64,000 nucleotides of DNA from Candidatus Paceibacter sp. (GTDB taxonomy: Bacteria > Patescibacteriota > Patescibacteriia > S139-126). Each line of letters starts with the position of its first letter. Within the stretch, counting starts at the first letter, position 1. The stretch covers positions 835 through 64,834 of the forward strand of contig DYGA01000001.1 of the NCBI GenBank assembly GCA_020724865.1. The letters run 5' to 3'. Below the pieces are notes generated by a model that was given only the letters and a program-made list of their open reading frames with translations, had not been told where the DNA came from and searched no databases. Both the position numbers and the translations under genes were made by a program. This document shows positions 9,002 through 18,803 of the stretch, in pieces.

Positions 9002-11059
9002 ATGTTAACACTAGAAACAAAACTAGCTGACTTACCAAAAGTTGGCAAAAGTACTGTCAATAAACTAAAAAAAATTGGTTTAATTTCTGTCAATGACTTA
9101 ATCTGGCACTTGCCTTATCGTTATGAAGATTTTTCCAATATCAAACCTATTGGTGATTTAAAAATAAATGAAATTGCAACTATTAAAGGAAAAATTGAAC
9201 TTATCACCAGCCGTCGCGCCAGACATCGACGCTTACATCTAACCGAATGTTTAATTTCCGATGATACCGGTTCAATAAAAACTATCTGGTTCAATCAACC
9301 TTATCTAAATAAATATTTAAATCGTGGTGATGAACTATATATCTCAGGAAAAATTGATGACGATTTTCATACTCTACAATTTACCAACCCTTTATGGGAA
9401 AAAACCGAGCAACACCTGCACACTGGAAGAATTATTCCTATTTATTCCTCTACCCAAGGAATCAGTCAGAAACAGCTAAGGCAAATGATAAAAATTATAA
9501 CTCCTCTTTTAAAAAACTATGAAGATTATCTGCCAAACGCAATTATCAATAAATATAATTTACTACCACTAAATCAAGCTTTAGAAAAAATTCATTGGCC
9601 TAAAAATAAAAATGAATTTTTGCTGGCCCGCAAAAGATTGCAATTTGATGAACTTTTTTTTATTTCTTTGAATCAAGCTAAAAATAACTATGAACTAAAA
9701 AAACACATTGCTCCAATAATCCCTTTTAATAAAGAAAAAACTCTAGTTTTGGTAAAATCTTTACCTTTTACTTTGACTGTTGACCAAAAAAAAGCTGCCT
9801 GGGAAATACTGAAAAATATTGAAAAAAATACACCAATGAATCGCTTGCTACAAGGCGACGTTGGTTCTGGTAAAACCGTGGTGGCGGCAATTGCTTGTCT
9901 AAATTGCGCTCTAAATAATTTACAGTCAATCATTCTCGCCCCTACAGAAATCTTAGCTCTGCAGCACTATCAAACTTTTTTAAATACTCTAAAAAAATTC
10001 AATCTTAATATTTGTCTTTATACTCGCTCCCAACAAAAATTAAATAACGAAACGGTCAAAAGGAATGATCTAAAAAAAATGATTGCTACCGGTAAAATAA
10101 ATATTATCATTGGTACGCACGCTCTACTGCAAGAAAAAGTTGATTATGCTAATATTGGCCTAATCATTGTTGACGAACAACATCGTTTTGGAGTAGCTCA
10201 GAGAAAAAAATTGAAAGACAAAACAAAAAATTTAATACCCCATTTCTTATCAATGACTGCTACGCCGATCCCCAGAACCTTAGCTTTAACTATTTATGGT
10301 GACTTGGATATTTCTATTATTCGAGATAAACCACTGGGCAGAAAAAAAATAATTACCAAAATTGTTGCCGAACAAAATCGCCAAAGAGCTTACCAATTTA
10401 TCGCCGACAAAATAAATTCTGGCGGACAAGCATTTGTTATTTGCCCGTTGATTGAAGAATCAGATAAACTGGGCGTCAAAGCTGCCACTCAAGAATTTGA
10501 AAAACTATCTACCAAAATATTTCCTCAATTTAAAATTGGCTTACTCCATGGCAAAATGAAATCAGCAGTCAAAGAAAAAACTATCAATGATTTCAAAAAC
10601 AAAAAATTAGATATCTTGGTGTCAACCTCTGTCATTGAAGTTGGAGTTGATATACCCAATGCCAACCTGATGATTATCGAAGGAGCTGATCGGTTTGGGC
10701 TGGCCCAACTTCATCAATTTCGCGGCCGCATAGGCAGATCAAACATTCAATCTTATTGTTTGCTTTTTACAGACAATCAGTCAAAAAAAGTTCTCCATCG
10801 TCTTCAAGCCATGGTCCTCTATGATGATGGAATAAAGTTGGCTGAATATGACTTAAAAATCAGAGGCAGCGGCGAAATGTATGGTATTCGTCAGTCTGGT
10901 TTTATAAATTTAAAAATCGCTGATTTAACAGATATTGAAACTATAAAAAAAACCAGACAAGCTGCGGCTACTATAATCTCCCAATCGCCAAATTTAGATT
11001 TGTTTCCACTTTTAAAAAAAGAATTTACTAGCAAAAATCAAATAATACATCTGGAATAA
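9002..11059 (+). CDS. recG: ATP-dependent DNA helicase RecG
   Basis: Wedge/OB N-terminal region; helicase motifs GDVGSGKTVVAAIA and DEQHRFGV; C-terminal RecG-type helicase domain. Confidence 0.9.
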   Translation: MLTLETKLADLPKVGKSTVNKLKKIGLISVNDLIWHLPYRYEDFSNIKPIGDLKINEIATIKGKIELITSRRARHRRLHLTECLISDDTGSIKTIWFNQPYLNKYLNRGDELYISGKIDDDFHTLQFTNPLWEKTEQHLHTGRIIPIYSSTQGISQKQLRQMIKIITPLLKNYEDYLPNAIINKYNLLPLNQALEKIHWPKNKNEFLLARKRLQFDELFFISLNQAKNNYELKKHIAPIIPFNKEKTLVLVKSLPFTLTVDQKKAAWEILKNIEKNTPMNRLLQGDVGSGKTVVAAIACLNCALNNLQSIILAPTEILALQHYQTFLNTLKKFNLNICLYTRSQQKLNNETVKRNDLKKMIATGKINIIIGTHALLQEKVDYANIGLIIVDEQHRFGVAQRKKLKDKTKNLIPHFLSMTATPIPRTLALTIYGDLDISIIRDKPLGRKKIITKIVAEQNRQRAYQFIADKINSGGQAFVICPLIEESDKLGVKAATQEFEKLSTKIFPQFKIGLLHGKMKSAVKEKTINDFKNKKLDILVSTSVIEVGVDIPNANLMIIEGADRFGLAQLHQFRGRIGRSNIQSYCLLFTDNQSKKVLHRLQAMVLYDDGIKLAEYDLKIRGSGEMYGIRQSGFINLKIADLTDIETIKKTRQAAATIISQSPNLDLFPLLKKEFTSKNQIIHLE

Positions 11060-11372
11060 CTTGACAATATCAATAAATATTATAAAATTATTTATTATTC
11101 TTTAAAAAATTAATAGTCTGACTGCCGAATCAGACTTACACCGGTCACTCTGAATAATTTGAGAGCATACCTCACTCTCTCTTATTTTTCCGTGACCGGA
11201 GATTTTTCAAACAAGCTATACGATTTTCGTATAGAAAAAATAATAAACAAAAATATAAACAAAAAAAGGAGCGAACATGCGCTACAACAACAAATCTCCC
11301 TAAACCACTTTTTTAGTTTTTCGGCTAAAATAAATAAAATAATTTAATTAAAAACTAAAGAAGTGAGGTAAT

Positions 11373-11843
11373 ATGAAAAAGAGTGCTAATTCGGTTTTAA
11401 CCAAAAAAAAACCATTAGAAAAAAGAGTTTTATCTGCCAATGATATTGCTGAATTAAAAAAAATTATTGAAGATGAGATTAAAGAAATATTAAGCTTTAA
11501 TGAAAACAATTTAAAAGAAATATACAATGGCAATGGTTTGGCAAATGAAAACAATATAAGCGGAAACGCATTTGCCTTTGGGTCAGAAACCGAAAACATA
11601 CACACGTCAGTTATGTTAGCGGAACACGCTAATCGAGCCCTAAGAGGTAATCTAAACGCACTCAAACGTATTAATGAAGGAACCTACGGACTTTGTCCCA
11701 TTTGTGTAGCCAATAACCATGAAACTATTAAAGATAAAAATGATTGGGAGAAAGTAAAAAATAATCCCAATAATTATATCTCCTACCAAAGGTTAATGGC
11801 TTTCCCCACAGCAAAATACTGCATCAAACATGCAAAAAAATAA
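11373..11843 (+). CDS. DksA/TraR-like protein (coiled coil plus C-terminal Cys cluster; divergent spacing)
   Basis: NEGTYGLCPIC...YCIKH resembles the zinc-finger end of DksA/TraR; same GTYGLC motif as the 44449-44811 paralog. Confidence 0.45.
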   Translation: MKKSANSVLTKKKPLEKRVLSANDIAELKKIIEDEIKEILSFNENNLKEIYNGNGLANENNISGNAFAFGSETENIHTSVMLAEHANRALRGNLNALKRINEGTYGLCPICVANNHETIKDKNDWEKVKNNPNNYISYQRLMAFPTAKYCIKHAKK

Positions 11844-11945
11844 CTCACCAATTCAAGGATGCTTACCCAAAGCATCCTTTTTTAAATAAAAAAATAGTGT
11901 TAAAATTATTATATACTTAATTCTTTATACTTAAATACTAAAAAT

Positions 11946-12269
11946 ATGGGCATATTCAAAAATATTTTTGGTGGTGGCCAAATAAAAACTGGTTCGCAAC
12001 TAAACAAATCTTTTGGTCCAGATTCTTTACGCCAAAAACTTTCAGAGGCTAAAATCAAAGGCGGTTCACAAACTGCCAATCTTTCTAGTGCGGACTTAAA
12101 AAAATTTGAAAATATTATTGCCAAACACGCTAGCTATCTACCTCCGGGAGCTAAATTTTCCGATCATACTAAATACAAAATGCGCATGGAAGCTCATAAA
12201 CTTTTTAAACAAAATGAGATCTCTTGGGAAGATCTGAAAGATTTTGAAAAAATAGTTAAAGAGCTTTGA
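11946..12269 (+). CDS. Hypothetical protein
   Basis: ORF track only; Lys-rich, no recognizable motif. Confidence 0.35.
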   Translation: MGIFKNIFGGGQIKTGSQLNKSFGPDSLRQKLSEAKIKGGSQTANLSSADLKKFENIIAKHASYLPPGAKFSDHTKYKMRMEAHKLFKQNEISWEDLKDFEKIVKEL

Positions 12270-12315
12270 TTAGGAATTAGGAAATAAGATACAGGATTTA
12301 GGATATGGGACGTAG

Positions 12316-12348
12316 AAAAAAACTTCTTGTCAAATGACAAGGGGGATT
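12316..12348. terminator. Bidirectional intrinsic terminator (stem CTTGTCA/TGACAAG) serving radA (minus) and the 11946 ORF (plus)
   Basis: aaaaaaacttcttgtcaaatgacaagggggattttt; minus-strand read ends in TTTTTTT. Confidence 0.6.
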
Positions 12349-12504
12349 TTTAATTAATAATTTTTAATTACTAATTACTAATGAATGATAAAATTTATAA
12401 TTATATAATTAACAATTCATTAGTAATTCAAAATTAGTTATTAGTAATTAATAGTTTTATTATAAAAACAACTAAAAAATTTTATTATTAACAAAATAGT
12501 TTAT

Positions 12505-13860
12505 TTAATTATTAAAACTATCATTCACTGCTGCGAAAACATTTTCCACCTGAATTATATCAACTTTCTGACTGATAATTTTAATACTAGTTTTAGGAAT
12601 AATTATTTTTTTATAACCCATCCGACTGGCTTCTCTAACTCTTTGCTCCAATTGTATAGGTACTTTGACGTGTCCTGATAAGCTAACCTCACCAATAGCT
12701 ATGGTTGGTTCTGGAAATTCAATATTTTTTTTGGCAGAAACAATTGCCAAACACACCCCCAAATCAAGCCCAGTATCTTTGCTACTTATTCCTCCGGCTA
12801 AATTTATAAATACATCATCGCTACTTAAATAAATTTTGGCTCTTTTTTGTAATACCGCCAGTAACATTTCTACACGTTTATAATCAAGTCCGTTGATAGT
12901 TCTTTTAGGGTAACCAAAATTCGTATTGGAAGTAAGGGCTTGAATTTCCACCAAAAAGGCTCGACTGCCTTCCCACATTACCGAATGAATGGTACCAGGG
13001 CTAAACTGCTGACTTTGAATAAAAATTCCAGCCGGATCTTTGACTGGCTCAAGTCCACTTTTAACCATTTTAAATATTCCCACTTCACCAGTGGAGCCAA
13101 ACCGATTTTTCACTGACCGCAAAATACGAAATTGCTGTTGTTTATCACCTTCCAAATAAAGTACCACATCTACCAAATGTTCCATAGTCTTAGGGCCCGC
13201 TACTCGTCCCTGTTTGGTAACATGACCAATTAAAATAATACAAATATTATTTTGTTTGGCAGTTTCCATTAGTTTAGCTGCCACCGCTCTAACTTGCGAC
13301 ACTCCGCCCGCTTCAGTTTCAACTTCTTCATAAATCATAGTTTGTACCGAATCAATTACTGCCAAATCTGGCTTAAGTTTGGTTAAGGTAGCACAAATTG
13401 TTCCAATTTGATTATTGGCAATAAATTTCAGATTAGTAATATCAATTTTCATCCTTTCAACCCTACCTTTGACTTGTTCAGCTGATTCTTCACCCGATAC
13501 ATATAAAATTTTTTTTCCTTGTTTTGATAAATAATTAGTAATTTGTAAAACTAGAGTTGACTTTCCTACTCCTGGATCACCGCCAAGCAATAACAATGAA
13601 CCTGGTACTAATCCACCGCCTAATACTCTGTCTATCTCCAGTTCTCCAACTTTCAATCTTTGCATATTACCAGATGCGATTTTACTAAAATCAACAATAT
13701 CCGCCTCTCCGAGCGGACTAAATGTTGTACTTTCTTTTTTAGTTGTGCGACTACTAATTTCTTCAGCTTGCAATGTTCCCCAACTGCCACACTCTCTGCA
13801 CCTACCTTCCCATTTTTGAAATTGAGATCCACATTTAGAACAAGCAAAAATTTGTTTCAT
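12505..13860 (-). CDS. radA: DNA repair protein RadA/Sms
   Basis: N-terminal C4 zinc finger CSKCGSQFQKWEGRCRECGSWGTL; RecA-like Walker A GGDPGVGKSTL; Lon-protease-like C-terminal domain. Confidence 0.9.
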   Translation of the reverse strand: MKQIFACSKCGSQFQKWEGRCRECGSWGTLQAEEISSRTTKKESTTFSPLGEADIVDFSKIASGNMQRLKVGELEIDRVLGGGLVPGSLLLLGGDPGVGKSTLVLQITNYLSKQGKKILYVSGEESAEQVKGRVERMKIDITNLKFIANNQIGTICATLTKLKPDLAVIDSVQTMIYEEVETEAGGVSQVRAVAAKLMETAKQNNICIILIGHVTKQGRVAGPKTMEHLVDVVLYLEGDKQQQFRILRSVKNRFGSTGEVGIFKMVKSGLEPVKDPAGIFIQSQQFSPGTIHSVMWEGSRAFLVEIQALTSNTNFGYPKRTINGLDYKRVEMLLAVLQKRAKIYLSSDDVFINLAGGISSKDTGLDLGVCLAIVSAKKNIEFPEPTIAIGEVSLSGHVKVPIQLEQRVREASRMGYKKIIIPKTSIKIISQKVDIIQVENVFAAVNDSFNN

Positions 13861-13863
13861 AAT

Positions 13864-15321
13864 TTAGGGATTTTGAGTTAAACAATTATTATATATAGCC
13901 CACGCATCTCGCCCATATTCTTCTGCTGCTGGTCCACTACCATTGTATTTACGAAAACAATCTTGTGTCACATCTGCCGGACAAATTTCTTTCCACAAAT
14001 TTGTCACGGCATCAAGGTTTATATCTAATGTAAATAAACTTTTCGGATCATATAATTTACTGCCAATTTGCCTGCAGTGCGGAGCGCCGTTACAAGCAGG
14101 CCCATCAGGAAAAACTGTTATTTGTCCCAAACCAATACCGTGAGAAAAACGCCAATCTAAACCAAGATCAGCTCTATTCGGATTAACAACATCATCATCA
14201 TTTACAGCCGCACCAGTAATACTACAAACAGCGTTTGATTTTTTACCACTATACATTAAACATCCACTATTTACAAAATCACGACGTGATTTTATTCCCT
14301 CTTTTCGGACATCTTCATCATGACCTAAAGCATCTGCTCTACCTGAAGACTCTTTGGTAAAGAGCGTAGCTAAAACACAATAATGTATATTATTTGCCTG
14401 TGAAACTTGCTTCATAGAATTTTTCATATCTTCACTAAATGGTTTGACTAACCTAGTACCGGTAATTTTTTCATAAGCATCACTGCCAATTAAAGTTATA
14501 CCTTCAACTTCATCAATTTTTAAAGGATTAAAACCTACTAAATTTGGATTAATAAAATAAAGCACAGTATAAGAACTAACTACCAGCAAAAGACCAATTA
14601 TAGAATCACGAATGGTTTCTTTGGCTTTATTTATACCTTCCGCGCTACCAGCCGCTGCCAACCACTGCATCCCTCCAAATGCCATATAAGCCACAACAAC
14701 TACTCCAATTGCGCCAATTAACCAATTAAATAATAAGGCAATATATTTAGATAATAGTTCACCATTTACTTCTATACCTTGACCTTTATTGATAGTAAAA
14801 ACCTTTCCACCAAATTCAACTGAGCCGGGGATAGTGACTTGGGGAGTAAATTCTAATCTTTCAATTTTTTCTGGAGGCCTATATTCAGTACTCAAAAATG
14901 AACTTAAAACCTGACCTATGCCTTGACTACAATTTATTTCCTCACAAGTTTGACCATCAATATATTTTGTAATCGGAACATTGCACTGCTCTTGCGTAAT
15001 ATTACTAGTACAAGTTTCAATTTTTTCGTTATATGTATTTATTTTTATACAACAACTTTTTTTATCAAGCGGACAATTTGTATTTTCTTCACAAAAATTA
15101 CTATATATTGGGTAACCTTCAACTGGTTGATAGTTTGGTTCATGAACACCACAATAAAAATCACAGGCAACTTTATCAATATTTTGATTACCTAAACAAT
15201 TACTATTTGGTAAACACTTGCAACACCCTGCTTGTGCACTCACTGGCAAAAAAAATAACCCAAATAAAAAAATAGAACCAATCAAAAATTTTATCCTATA
15301 ATTTCTCATTGATAATTTCAC
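13864..15321 (-). CDS. Secreted Cys-rich protein with a conserved two-helix hydrophobic hairpin (VirB2/TrbC-like) and a C-terminal lytic-transglycosylase-like domain (VirB1-like)
   Basis: Signal peptide; ~20 Cys in the N-domain; hairpin GAIGVVVVAYMAFGGMQWLAAAGSAEGINKAKETIRDSIIGLLLVVSSYTVL nearly identical in pattern to the 17360-18802 protein; C-terminal LATLFTKESSG...SHGIGLGQIT matches the SLT family-1 ES...G[LI]GLMQ catalytic motifs. Confidence 0.5.
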   Translation of the reverse strand: MKLSMRNYRIKFLIGSIFLFGLFFLPVSAQAGCCKCLPNSNCLGNQNIDKVACDFYCGVHEPNYQPVEGYPIYSNFCEENTNCPLDKKSCCIKINTYNEKIETCTSNITQEQCNVPITKYIDGQTCEEINCSQGIGQVLSSFLSTEYRPPEKIERLEFTPQVTIPGSVEFGGKVFTINKGQGIEVNGELLSKYIALLFNWLIGAIGVVVVAYMAFGGMQWLAAAGSAEGINKAKETIRDSIIGLLLVVSSYTVLYFINPNLVGFNPLKIDEVEGITLIGSDAYEKITGTRLVKPFSEDMKNSMKQVSQANNIHYCVLATLFTKESSGRADALGHDEDVRKEGIKSRRDFVNSGCLMYSGKKSNAVCSITGAAVNDDDVVNPNRADLGLDWRFSHGIGLGQITVFPDGPACNGAPHCRQIGSKLYDPKSLFTLDINLDAVTNLWKEICPADVTQDCFRKYNGSGPAAEEYGRDAWAIYNNCLTQNP

Positions 15322-16012
15322 TTAATTCTTCGCTGGTAAATAAACCACGATAAGGCGTATTGTCAATAAAAAAATAAGGAACAGCATCAATCTCTAAATC
15401 AGTAGCCTCAATATTATTCTCATATACTTTATTTTCCATCTGACCTTCATTTAAACATGCGTTGAATTCATTTATTGATAAATTTAAAGCGGCGGCGATT
15501 GATTCTAAAAATTTTAAATCAATATTTGCTTGATTCATAAAAACCTCATGTTGATATTCCCAAAATTTTCCTTGAGCATTGGCACAATAAACTGCTTGTT
15601 GTGCCAGCATACCTTCATTGGTAGAAGCCGTGCCTTTCCAAACTAAACGTAATATTGTCTCTGGATAAATTGCCAACAACTTATAAATTTCATCTTGCTG
15701 TATTTTACACAAAGGACTAAATAAGTCACAATAATAAAAAATTGTTACTTTAGCGTTAGCGCTACCTCTTCTCACATCATCTGGCAATACCTTTGGATAT
15801 AAAATCTTAGCATCACGAATTAAAGGGTCATTATAACTAATTTTTGGTCCTGCTGCATATCTAACGCTGGCCGGGGTTATATTGGTATTGTTTAAATATT
15901 GAACAAAAATAAATAAAAAAATCGATAGAAAAAATAACCCAACAGCAGCAGAAAAAAATAACCAAATTGAAACTTTTGATTTAGATTTATTTTGTTTTGA
16001 TTTTTTAGGCAT
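15296..16012 (-). CDS. DsbA-like thioredoxin-fold thiol:disulfide oxidoreductase with a non-canonical active site
   Basis: N-terminal TM anchor; KVTIFYYCDLFSPLCK aligns to the DsbA/BdbD VTVVEFGDYKCPxCK region with SPLC in place of CPxC and an extra Cys 7 residues upstream; later VYCANAQGKFWEYQHEVF and cis-Pro-loop-like AVPYFFIDN fit the DsbA fold. Confidence 0.55.
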   Translation of the reverse strand: MPKKSKQNKSKSKVSIWLFFSAAVGLFFLSIFLFIFVQYLNNTNITPASVRYAAGPKISYNDPLIRDAKILYPKVLPDDVRRGSANAKVTIFYYCDLFSPLCKIQQDEIYKLLAIYPETILRLVWKGTASTNEGMLAQQAVYCANAQGKFWEYQHEVFMNQANIDLKFLESIAAALNLSINEFNACLNEGQMENKVYENNIEATDLEIDAVPYFFIDNTPYRGLFTSEELSEIINEKL

Positions 16013-16085
16013 AAATATTAAATTTTAAATTATTAATTATAAATTATAAATGAATTTTAAATGATAAATTTATAATTTATAATTT
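16013..16085 (-). promoter_or_regulatory. AT-rich promoter region with tandem TATAAT-like boxes (TTATAATTTATAATTTT); the same motif style recurs upstream of many genes here
   Basis: aaatgataaatttataatttataattttcaaag directly upstream of the 15296-16012 start; similar boxes at 21995-22068, 24930-25037, 37860-37960, 50221-50280. Confidence 0.3.
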
Positions 16086-17354
16086 TCAAAGATTAATACT
16101 ATAAAGCCCACCTGTTGCTTTATCAACAAAGTATAAAACACTTTGATCTTGAGAAACCATTACTTCGCTGGCAGTATACTTAGTTAGATCGCCAACTGGC
16201 TTGGCAAGCAGTGTTTTGGAACCAGTAGTCAAATCTATACGGTAAAATAAATCTGGTATATCATCTGCTACTTCAGGCACATAAGCTGCTCCCTCCGGCA
16301 AATATTCAGGAACAGCACAATATGCATTGGTTCCGGCAATAGCACATTTATCCAACCAAGTTTGAATACCAAGAGAATTGTTATTCATACCAATATTATC
16401 CCCATCGGCTCTAGTAACCCATAACATTGGTCTGGAACCTGACGCTTCAGAGTATATTTGATAAATTACATTCTTTCCATCATCTAACCATTCACCCTTA
16501 AAACCCCTGCCTTGAACGGTTAAAGATTTAAAATTTTCTCCATTTTGACCAATTAAATAAATTTCTGATTGATTTAAACCTCTGCCTTCTCTATAAAAAG
16601 CAATAACTTGATTATTCGGCGACCAAGCCACCTGGACATCTTCTCCAGCATTATTCATAGGCTCAACAAACTTAATTTCACTACCGTCCGGAGTTGCTAC
16701 ACCTAACCAATCATCATTGGCTAAATCTGACTGCCATTTAAAACCAATATTTGTTCCGGTGCGAGAAAAATCAAACTCTGTCATCTGCCTAGGTAGGGTC
16801 ACCTGCTTATCTTGAGTAAAATCATAATAAATATTGGTACTATCCGGATATTCCAAAATTGCCTTTTCACCATCAGGTGACCAGGTGACTGTATCAACAT
16901 TGAAAAATCTTTTATCAGATAAAGGTTGTACCTCACCACTGGCAGTCAAACGATAAAATTTATTGTCAGCTGAGTCGTAATAATTGAAACTTTTACCGTC
17001 ACCAATTGGTTTAACTCCAGTAATATTTTTAGCAATCACTGTTTTAGCAGTCGTAAGCCCACCAATTGCTCGATCACTAACCGTAGGTTGACCGCCTATT
17101 TGACCTGGAGTAGTTGGTATTTGTCCCCCAGATTGGCCGATATTGCCAGAAATTGGCAGTCCGGTAATTGGATCTATCACCACTCCTGTGGGTGGACCTT
17201 CACCAATATCAGGTAACTGACCAGTTTGACCAGGAGTGGTATCTGGTGGAGTAATAGGTACTTCTGTTCGCCAAAATAAAAACCACAGCAGATATCCCAG
17301 TCCTACAACAATTACTGTAAAAATAATAATTTGTATAATTTTTTTTCTGTCCAT
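16086..17354 (-). CDS. Membrane-anchored TolB-like beta-propeller (PD40 repeats) protein with Pro/Gly-rich linker
   Basis: N-terminal TM; PD40-type repeats WSPDGEKAILEY and AWSPNNQVIAFY. Confidence 0.5.
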   Translation of the reverse strand: MDRKKIIQIIIFTVIVVGLGYLLWFLFWRTEVPITPPDTTPGQTGQLPDIGEGPPTGVVIDPITGLPISGNIGQSGGQIPTTPGQIGGQPTVSDRAIGGLTTAKTVIAKNITGVKPIGDGKSFNYYDSADNKFYRLTASGEVQPLSDKRFFNVDTVTWSPDGEKAILEYPDSTNIYYDFTQDKQVTLPRQMTEFDFSRTGTNIGFKWQSDLANDDWLGVATPDGSEIKFVEPMNNAGEDVQVAWSPNNQVIAFYREGRGLNQSEIYLIGQNGENFKSLTVQGRGFKGEWLDDGKNVIYQIYSEASGSRPMLWVTRADGDNIGMNNNSLGIQTWLDKCAIAGTNAYCAVPEYLPEGAAYVPEVADDIPDLFYRIDLTTGSKTLLAKPVGDLTKYTASEVMVSQDQSVLYFVDKATGGLYSINL

Positions 17355-17359
17355 AATTA

Positions 17360-18802
17360 TTAAAATTCAGGCGTATAATAATTTAACATAAGTACCCAAC
17401 ATCTTTCACCAGTATCACAACTACCTCCAACTGGGGGATATTCAGCACAAGGTTTCTCTATCCAATAAAAGGGTGGAAAATCGTGATTAGGTAATGGGTT
17501 AGGTCTTATATAACCATTTAAAGAAATTGTTGTGGGCCTCTCAACAGAGCATTGTGATTGTTTACTTAATACACATATAGAATCAGTGCCTTTACCAGCT
17601 CTTGGTGAATCAGAACAAGTAACTTCTATTTGATTTGATGTTAGTGGATTTGGTACGCCGGTCGCCCAATATTTTAAAACTCTTGGACTTCCATTTTCCA
17701 AACAAATTTCCTGATTATTGTATTTTCCTTCGCTACAAGGTATACGATTAAAAGTATAATTATTCAATGATAATAAATTGGCGTCTTCTATATCAGTTAA
17801 TACACATTCATCTGGTTGCATAAAATCTAAAGATACAATAGGTATAAAAGCTACCCCAGCTTTTAATATATCATTACGAAAACTGCAAACTTTATTATCT
17901 ATTTCTGAAACATTAGATGCTTTTTGAATAGTCTGTAAATATTGATCAAATAACTCACAACTTGATGTATCTTGAGATTTACAACGTTCATTAAATCTAC
18001 TCAAATCAACACACTCAAAACCAGCATTAGATGAACCTGATGTGTTTAATTTAGCTAAACAATATGTCCCATCACCACATTTTAAACCCTGACAAGTATT
18101 ATTGGGATTAATTTCCGAATAATAAGTAAAATTACACCAAGTATCTTCTTTGTTTACTTTGGTTTTACTTTCATCGCCAACTTTTATCCATTTTTGCGAA
18201 CTTTCTGTATCCACACAATAGTTAAGCAAAAAATTGGGTTTAATTCTTTCTACTCTGATATAATCAATATTTACTAAACGTGAATTTATAGTGCCAAGTA
18301 ATACATAAGAACCAACTGCCAGTAGCAAACCTATAAAAGCACCTTGAATAGTATCTTTGGCTTTACCAATTTTTTCAGCGTTTCCCGCAGCCATCATCCA
18401 TTCAAACCCGCCCCATCCTATATAAGCCACAGTAATAATACCAATAACATAAATAAAATAGGTATAAATAACTTTTAAATAATCAGGAAATTGTGAAACT
18501 TTGGTTAAAGTTCCGCCACTTTGAATATCAGGAATCGGGACCGAAAGGTTTATCTCATCTGGCTTTAAATAACATTTGCCATACTGAATATTTTCACTAC
18601 CTTTACATTCTCTTTGAAAATCAGCATCGCCAACCACAAAAAAATAATTTTCCGTTTCACTGCCCGCTTGTCCCAAACATTGTTCCTGTGTCCAGCATTG
18701 GGCTGGTATGTTTTGAGCTAAAACAACTTCAACTAAACCAAAACTAAATAAGGTTAAAAATGTTATAACAAATATTATTTTATATATATTCCACTTATTC
18801 AT
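17360..18802 (-). CDS. Secreted Cys-rich protein with VirB2/TrbC-like hydrophobic hairpin (paralog of the N-terminal part of 13864-15321)
   Basis: Signal peptide; >25 Cys; hairpin YFIYVIGIITVAYIGWGGFEWMMAAGNAEKIGKAKDTIQGAFIGLLLAVGSYVLL shares the motif VAY.xxGGxxWxxAAGxAExIxKAKxTI...IGLLLxVxSY with the 485-aa protein. Confidence 0.45.
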   Translation of the reverse strand: MNKWNIYKIIFVITFLTLFSFGLVEVVLAQNIPAQCWTQEQCLGQAGSETENYFFVVGDADFQRECKGSENIQYGKCYLKPDEINLSVPIPDIQSGGTLTKVSQFPDYLKVIYTYFIYVIGIITVAYIGWGGFEWMMAAGNAEKIGKAKDTIQGAFIGLLLAVGSYVLLGTINSRLVNIDYIRVERIKPNFLLNYCVDTESSQKWIKVGDESKTKVNKEDTWCNFTYYSEINPNNTCQGLKCGDGTYCLAKLNTSGSSNAGFECVDLSRFNERCKSQDTSSCELFDQYLQTIQKASNVSEIDNKVCSFRNDILKAGVAFIPIVSLDFMQPDECVLTDIEDANLLSLNNYTFNRIPCSEGKYNNQEICLENGSPRVLKYWATGVPNPLTSNQIEVTCSDSPRAGKGTDSICVLSKQSQCSVERPTTISLNGYIRPNPLPNHDFPPFYWIEKPCAEYPPVGGSCDTGERCWVLMLNYYTPEF

Positions 18803-18803
18803 T

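Noticed and set aside
11159-11347. 62-aa plus-strand ORF between recG and the DksA-like gene
   Set aside because: Low-complexity Lys/Asn-rich; overlaps the hairpin cluster and AT-rich promoter region; likely non-coding
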